Of a stretch of DNA of 64,000 nucleotides, positions 58,772 to 64,000 are shown in pieces. The translations under genes and the position numbers were made by a program. Each line of letters starts with the position of its first letter. The first letter of the stretch is position 1. The notes under the pieces are model-generated. The model did not search any database. It worked only from the letters and a program-made list of their open reading frames with translations, and was not told the DNA's origin. The DNA comes from Candidatus Latescibacterota bacterium (GTDB taxonomy: Bacteria; Latescibacterota; UBA2968; UBA8231), in assembly GCA_965221775.1 (NCBI GenBank), contig CBDCSU010000006.1, positions 1,632,001 to 1,696,000 of the forward strand. Direction: 5' to 3'.

Positions 58772-60457
58772 TCAGACGCCGCTGAACTCCTTGAGGAAGA
58801 GGCGCTCGCCCTCGGCCGTGGCGATGAGGATCATCTCGCCGCCCGCCGGCAGGGCCTCGGTCGGGTCCGGGTTGACGTTGGTCGAGCCATCCTGGCGGAC
58901 GGCCACGACGGAGCAGCCGGTGCGCGGGCGGATCCCGGACCCCGCGATGCTGGCGCCGGCCAGGTCCCGGGGCACGGGCAGGCGGATCACGCCCAGTCCC
59001 TCGGCGATCGTCAAGGTGCTGCTGCGCTCCAGCAGGTTGGTGATCTCGCGGGCCCCCATGGACGGATAGGACATGACGAAGTCGGTGCCGGCGCGGTGCA
59101 GGGTCGGCACGTTGCGGTCCTGGTTCGCCCGGGCGATGATCTGGATGTCGGGGCGCAGCCGGCGGCAGTAGATGGCCAGGTAGATGTTGGTCTCGTCGTC
59201 CCGCGTGGTCAGCACCACCGCCGGCGCCGTGTCGATGCCGGCCTCCTGCAGCACCTCCAGCTCCGCCGCCGAACCCGTCACGATCGTGCGGTCATCTTCC
59301 CCGGCGGCCTCCGGATCGCGCTCGACGATGCGGTAGTCGACCCTGCGCTCGGCCAGGGAGCGCGCCGTGGCGCGGCCGACGCGGCCGGCGCCGATGATGA
59401 TCACCGGCTCGGCGGACTGGTTGTAGATGGCGAAGAGGCTGTTGTAGCGGTAGAGCTGGTCGTGGTCGGCGGCGAGGACGAGGACGGTCTGGGCGGTGAT
59501 GAGGGTCTCCGGCCGCGCCGGCTGGAACTGCCCCCGCTCCCAGACGCCGATCACGTGGATGCCCACCTTCCTGCGCAGGTCCGCCTCGACCAGGGTCTGG
59601 CCGACGATGGGCGTGTTCGTCGTCGTCGCCTCGGCGATGAGCAACTCGCCGAACTCGCCGATGACGTGGGCCATGGCGTCGCCCGCCGTGGTGCGCCGCG
59701 CCAGGGACTCGCCCAGCAGATCGCCCAACTGCAGCACCCGGTTGCAGCCCGCCAGCTCGAGGATGTCCACCGAGGCCGTCAGGTCGGCGGTGCCGATGAT
59801 CGGCGTGTCCTCGGAGATGGCCCGCACCGTCGAGGCGATCTGCGTGTTCGTCTCGTCGGAACGGGCGGTGACCACGAGGGCGGCGTCGGCCACCCGGGCG
59901 CCGCGGTAGGTCCTGGGATCGTCGAGGTCGCCGAGGATCACGTTGATCCCCTCGTCGGCCAGGCGCGCGGCCTCCGCCGGGTCCGGCTCGATCAGCACGT
60001 ACGAGTACTGGAACTGCACGAGCCGCTCGATCAGGGCCACGGACATGGCGTCGTGCTGCACGAGGATGACGTGGTCGCGGGTGCCGGCGTCGAGCTTGCG
60101 CGGCCGGCGCCTGAGGGCCTGGGCCTCCATCCACGGCATCCAGAAGAACTGCAGGAAGGTCAGGGGCAGCAGGATCAGCATGAAGATCGTGCCGCTGATG
60201 AGCACGACGGCGGTGAAGATCCTCCCGGGAACGGCCTCGAAGGTGATGTCGCCGAAGCCGGTGGTGGACATGGTGGTGAGCGTCCAGTACACCCCGTCGA
60301 ACCAGGAGAAATGCTTGCCCTCGTGGAGCATGAGCAGGTGAAAGAGGACACTGTAGAGGAGGCCGATGAGGAGGAAGGCGGAGAGCACCCACAGGAGCCG
60401 CACGATGCCCCGGCGGCGCCCGCGATGCTCGAGGAAGAAGGCGATCAGTCTCAGCAC
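58772..60457 (-). CDS. Potassium channel with TrkA-N/TrkA-C (RCK) domains
   Basis: Two TM plus pore TMSTTGFGD; two RCK pairs, IIGAGRVG; GTG start. Confidence 0.9.
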   Translation of the reverse strand: MLRLIAFFLEHRGRRRGIVRLLWVLSAFLLIGLLYSVLFHLLMLHEGKHFSWFDGVYWTLTTMSTTGFGDITFEAVPGRIFTAVVLISGTIFMLILLPLTFLQFFWMPWMEAQALRRRPRKLDAGTRDHVILVQHDAMSVALIERLVQFQYSYVLIEPDPAEAARLADEGINVILGDLDDPRTYRGARVADAALVVTARSDETNTQIASTVRAISEDTPIIGTADLTASVDILELAGCNRVLQLGDLLGESLARRTTAGDAMAHVIGEFGELLIAEATTTNTPIVGQTLVEADLRRKVGIHVIGVWERGQFQPARPETLITAQTVLVLAADHDQLYRYNSLFAIYNQSAEPVIIIGAGRVGRATARSLAERRVDYRIVERDPEAAGEDDRTIVTGSAAELEVLQEAGIDTAPAVVLTTRDDETNIYLAIYCRRLRPDIQIIARANQDRNVPTLHRAGTDFVMSYPSMGAREITNLLERSSTLTIAEGLGVIRLPVPRDLAGASIAGSGIRPRTGCSVVAVRQDGSTNVNPDPTEALPAGGEMILIATAEGERLFLKEFSGV

Positions 60458-60558
60458 CGGGCGTCTCCCTGAGGCGGCCGTCCCTTTGGGAGGAAGAGCC
60501 GCACGATACCCCGGCTCCGACCGCGGTGCTCGAGGAAGAAGGCGCTCAGGCTCGGCAC
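60451..60558 (-). pseudogene. 35-aa ORF duplicating the K+ channel N-terminus
   Basis: VPSLSAFFLEHRGRSRGIVRL vs VLRLIAFFLEHRGRRRGIVRL; GAGGAGG RBS; stop overlaps the channel start region. Confidence 0.65.
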
Positions 60559-60711
60559 CGATGTCCTCCTCTCGTTGCGGGCCCGGGCAGGGGCAGAAAA
60601 GGTAGGCTCCGGGCCCCGGGGGCGCACCGGGCATCCCCGGCCGGTTTTCCGGTCCCCCGGTCGTCCGCTCCTCGCTTCGGCGCGCCGGACAGGCCCTTCA
60701 TCCGGCGCTGA

Positions 60712-61612
60712 CTCTGCACCGGCTGCAGCCTGTTTCAGCGAGGCTCCGGACCCGGCACCGATCTGGTCTTCCCGGAGGGCTTCCGGTTCGGCGCCGCCAC
60801 CTCGGCCTACCAGGTCGAGGGCGCCTGGCAGGAGGACGGCAAGGGCCTGTCGGTCCTCGACTTCTACACCAACGAGATCGGGATCGCCGCAGGGGCGACG
60901 GGCAACGTCGCCATCGACCACTACCACCGCTACGGAGAGGACATCGACCATCTGCGCCGGTTGGGCATCGACACCTACCGGTTCTCCATCGCCTGGCCGC
61001 GGATCCTTCCCCAGGGGGTCGGGCCGGTGAACGAGGCCGGACTCAGGCACTACGGCGCGGTCATCGACTCGCTGCGGGCGGCGGGTATCGAGCCGGTGGT
61101 CACCCTCTACCACCAGGACCTGCCGCTGGAGCTGGGGCGCCGCGGCGGCTGGGCCAATCCCCGGTCACCCGAGTGGTTCGCCGGGTACGCCCGCGTCCTC
61201 TTCAAGGCCTACGGCGACCGGGTGTCCACCTGGATCACGCTGAACGAGCCCTACATGGAAACCATGTACATCGGCAGCATCGCCAAGGGGCTGCTGCACC
61301 TGGCCCCCGATGGCCGCTTCGTCCCGGTGCCGGGGGAGGCGCTGGCGGCGCAGGCCGTGGATACCCACAACCACCTGCTGGCCCACGGCCGGGCGGTGGA
61401 GGTCTTCCGCGAGATGGGCCTGCCGGGCAGGATCGGGATCGCCCTGAACCTGTCTCCCGTGTACGCCGCGTCGGAGCGGCCGAAGGATGTCGCCGCGGCG
61501 CGGCTGGAGGACGGCATCCTCAACCGCTGGTTCCTCGACGCCCGTGCTGCGCGGGTCCTATCCGGAGGACGTGCTGCAGCGCTACCGCGCCGCGGGACTG
61601 AGGACCGCGTGA
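60712..61612 (+). pseudogene. GH1 beta-glucosidase, N-terminal half only
   Basis: FPEGFRFGAATSAYQVEG, DHYHRY, YRFSIAWPRI, TLNEP; upstream in-frame stop, extra C at ~61541, no TENG half. Confidence 0.85.
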
Positions 61613-61857
61613 GCCAGGACCCGCCAGCCTCAGGCCGACCGGTCCAGGCCCCGGACGACGACCAGCCAGACGGGCGCGCTGTAGAGCCCCATCCAGGCGC
61701 TGCCGATGGCGCGGCCCGGAAGGGAGGCGCCGAGGGGAGCCCCCAGCATGACGGCGAAGTAGATCTCGAAGAGGAGGGTGTACAGCAGCCAGCCCGCCGC
61801 CGTCAGGAGGACGCCGCGCGGCGTGATGCGCGGCAGGGGTGGCAGGACCTGGGTCAT
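61582..61857 (-). pseudogene. N-terminal membrane fragment, probably of a LytS/YehU-type sensor kinase
   Basis: Hydrophobic AAGWLLYTLLF...PVW; frame continues past TGA (*GWRVLAHAVL), then is lost. Confidence 0.45.
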
Positions 61858-61911
61858 CTGCGGATGGCGTGCCGGGGCCGCTGCGGCCCCGCGGCCGGTG
61901 CCCCGCCGGGG

Positions 61912-62493
61912 TCAGGACTCTGCGGCGCCGTCGACCTCGAAGCCGCGGAGGGCGGCGCCGCAGGGATGCCCGTGCAGGGCCGGGGCCATGTGCACCTTGC
62001 GCAGGTAGTCGAGCGTCCCCGACAGCTCCTCGAAGCGGTCGGCCATGCCGCGGAAGAGCCGGGCCTGGCGGGCGCCCGCCAGCTGCAGGTGCTCGCCCAC
62101 GAGGCGGTAGCTCTCGCCCCCTTCCTTCAGGTAGTAGGAGAGGTGTCCGCCGGCCTCGACGTGGGGACGGAAGACGCCGGACAGGAAGAGGGCGTAGTCG
62201 CCGCAGTGGCGCCGCAGGTCGACCTCCCGGTCGAAGGACCAGGCCCGGTCCGAACCCCACTCCTCCATCAGCTCCAGCAGCAGGTCGGTGAGGGTGTGCA
62301 GCGGCCGTCCGCGGCTGTCGCGGACCCGGTACAGCTGGTCGGTGCGGGAAAAGCGGGCGAGCAGGTCGGTGACGTAGTCGGCCAGCTCCCCCGCGCCGAG
62401 TCCGAGGCTGGCGAAGCAGGGGCGCACCATGGCCCCGAAGAACCGGCGCAGCGCCGGCGGCGGGGGACGGGATGTGGATGCGCGGGAAACCAT
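61912..62493 (-). CDS. Conserved hypothetical protein
   Basis: DYV.DLL.RF, R.CGDYALFLSG.F, YY..EG..SY, F..MA.RF pattern; coding-like GC3. Confidence 0.7.
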   Translation of the reverse strand: MVSRASTSRPPPPALRRFFGAMVRPCFASLGLGAGELADYVTDLLARFSRTDQLYRVRDSRGRPLHTLTDLLLELMEEWGSDRAWSFDREVDLRRHCGDYALFLSGVFRPHVEAGGHLSYYLKEGGESYRLVGEHLQLAGARQARLFRGMADRFEELSGTLDYLRKVHMAPALHGHPCGAALRGFEVDGAAES

Positions 62494-62507
62494 GGCGGCC
62501 GCCGCAG

Positions 62508-62559
62508 ATTATAGGCCCTCGGATTGCGGTTGACACTGTCGAAGTGGAGAGGATACCCT
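62508..62559. promoter_or_regulatory. Overlapping divergent sigma70 promoters
   Basis: Plus: TTGACA(62530)-18 nt-TACCCT; minus: TATAAT (62513-62508) with GTGTCA at 17 nt. Confidence 0.5.
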
Positions 62560-62567
62560 CACAGACC

Positions 62568-64000
62568 ATGGTCCGCTGGCCGCGACATCTGACCAACTCC
62601 CTCGACGACGCCTCCCGCCGGGAGGTGGCGCGCCTGGTGCAGGCCGAACGCGGCGCGAAGCCCGCTCTCGAGCGCGCCGGCGCCGTGCTGGAGTTCCGCC
62701 GCGGGGGCCAGCTTCAGTGCGGGTATCTCGCCCGGGATCCGCAGAACCGCAGGGGCTACGACGTCGTCGGCGTCGACGGCCGGCGGCTCCACCTCCGCCG
62801 CGACAAGGTGGTGGACGTATCCCCCGAGTACGTGTCGATGCACACGCCCGAGACGGCGCTGTCCGACCTCCGCCGCATCGACCGGAGGCGCGAGGAGGCC
62901 CGCGGCGCCGTCGACCTCACCGCCCTCTGGCAGGTCGCTCTCGAAGCGGGCCCGGAGGGCGGCGAGTGGCGCCTCGACGATCTGGTCGAGCTCCACGACC
63001 CCCGCGATCCGACCGCCAGCCGCCGGGCCGGCTTGCTCCGGGCCCTGTGGCGCGGCCACCGGTTCGAGCGCCACGGCGCCCGCTGGCGCCCCCGCCCCCC
63101 GGCGGCGGTGGAGAGGATCGAGGCGTCCTCCGCCCGCGAGGAGGTGGAGGAGGGCCGCCAGGCCGAGCTGGCCTCGTGGGTCCGAAGGGTCGCCGACGGG
63201 CATCCAGCCAACCCCCGTCCCGCCGGGGCGGACTCGGCGGTGAACCTGCTCGAGGCCACCGCCCTGGGCGAGGCGAGCGCGGAGGCCGCCCGTCTCATGA
63301 AGGCCGCCCACCTGCACGGGAGCGCCGCCGCCTTCGACGTCCTCGTCCGTCTGGGTCACTGGTCCGCCGACGAGAACCTGGAGCTGCACCGCCTCGGCCT
63401 TCCCGTGGACTTCTCCGAGGCGGCGGTGAAGGCGGCGCACGGCCTCGATCCCTCGCCCGTCCTCGCGGGGTGGGCAGGCCGCCGCCGCTGGGGCGCCGGC
63501 CTCTGCGTCACCCGTTGCGGCCAGCGGGCCTACCGTCTCCGCCGGAGCCTGCTCGGCCACACCGTCGTCGACATCCACGTGGCCGTGCCGGCCCTGTGGG
63601 TGGAGGACGGCGGCGCCATCGATCAGGAAGCCGCCGCCCGGGGCCTCAGCGTGCGCCTGCTGGAGCGGGAGATCCCGATGCTGCCGCCGGAGCTGACCGA
63701 CGCCTGCCGGCTGACGGCGGACGAGGCCCGACCCGTCCTGATCCTGAGCGTGCGCCTGGACCGCGAGCTGGCGCCGCGGAAGGTGCGGCTGTCCCTGGGC
63801 CGCGCCCGGCCCCGTGCGGCCCTCGCGGCCGGGGAAGGCAGCGCCCCGGTGCGCCGCCTGGCGGCGCTGGCCGAGGGGCGGCGGCAGAGACGGCGGCGAG
63901 CGGGGGCTTGGCAGCAACTGCATCCCGCCCACCGGATCGCGGTCCTCCAGGGGCGGGCGGCGCCGGCGGCGGAGGGGGTGGAGGACCGCATCGACTCGGA
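62568..64000 (+). CDS. RNB-domain (RNase II-like) protein, 3' end outside window
   Basis: Translated by hand: DL..LW, AFDVLVRLGHW..ENLEL...LPVDFS, DIHVA, IDQEA..RG.SV.L...IPMLPPEL. Confidence 0.75.
   Translation, partial: MVRWPRHLTNSLDDASRREVARLVQAERGAKPALERAGAVLEFRRGGQLQCGYLARDPQNRRGYDVVGVDGRRLHLRRDKVVDVSPEYVSMHTPETALSDLRRIDRRREEARGAVDLTALWQVALEAGPEGGEWRLDDLVELHDPRDPTASRRAGLLRALWRGHRFERHGARWRPRPPAAVERIEASSAREEVEEGRQAELASWVRRVADGHPANPRPAGADSAVNLLEATALGEASAEAARLMKAAHLHGSAAAFDVLVRLGHWSADENLELHRLGLPVDFSEAAVKAAHGLDPSPVLAGWAGRRRWGAGLCVTRCGQRAYRLRRSLLGHTVVDIHVAVPALWVEDGGAIDQEAAARGLSVRLLEREIPMLPPELTDACRLTADEARPVLILSVRLDRELAPRKVRLSLGRARPRAALAAGEGSAPVRRLAALAEGRRQRRRRAGAWQQLHPAHRIAVLQGRAAPAAEGVEDRIDS

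Noticed and set aside
61630-61632. Selenocysteine or recoded TGA
   Set aside because: Context fits a Trp codon mutated to stop in a truncated fragment; other genes use TGA as a normal stop
60961-62514. 517-aa intact GH1 gene as in the ORF track
   Set aside because: Similarity stops after RWFLDA; the remainder is antisense read-through over two other genes

Overview
High-GC bacterial chromosome segment. Gene content (six phytanoyl-CoA dioxygenase paralogs, enolase-superfamily enzymes, DUF1080, heparinase, Asp-box propellers, a C-terminal 'TA..T/S.WG.LK' motif) resembles sponge-associated Latescibacterota/Poribacteria-like bacteria; this taxon call is inference. The window holds a long minus-strand catabolic operon (~0.8-13.8 kb), an XRE-ImmA/PIN pair, a two-component system next to a secreted tandem carbohydrate-binding protein, an ECF sigma/FecR/TonB-receptor/DUF4249 locus, a second TonB receptor, and an nfuA-moeA-nudix-acs operon. 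It also holds a TrkA-type K+ channel, decayed GH1 and sensor-kinase genes, and an RNB-family gene running off the end. Most notable: (1) four copies of a ~200-290 bp hairpin element with long inverted arms, GTA(G/A/C)-palindrome REP-like units and a copy-specific compensatory change; (2) an RNase II-like protein lacking its catalytic aspartate motif; (3) several genes collapsed by internal deletion; (4) a tandem DUF1080 duplication with a visible microhomology junction; (5) four single-base frameshifts that may be assembly errors. No rRNA, tRNA, CRISPR array or transposase was seen. All product calls come from motif recognition, not database searches.
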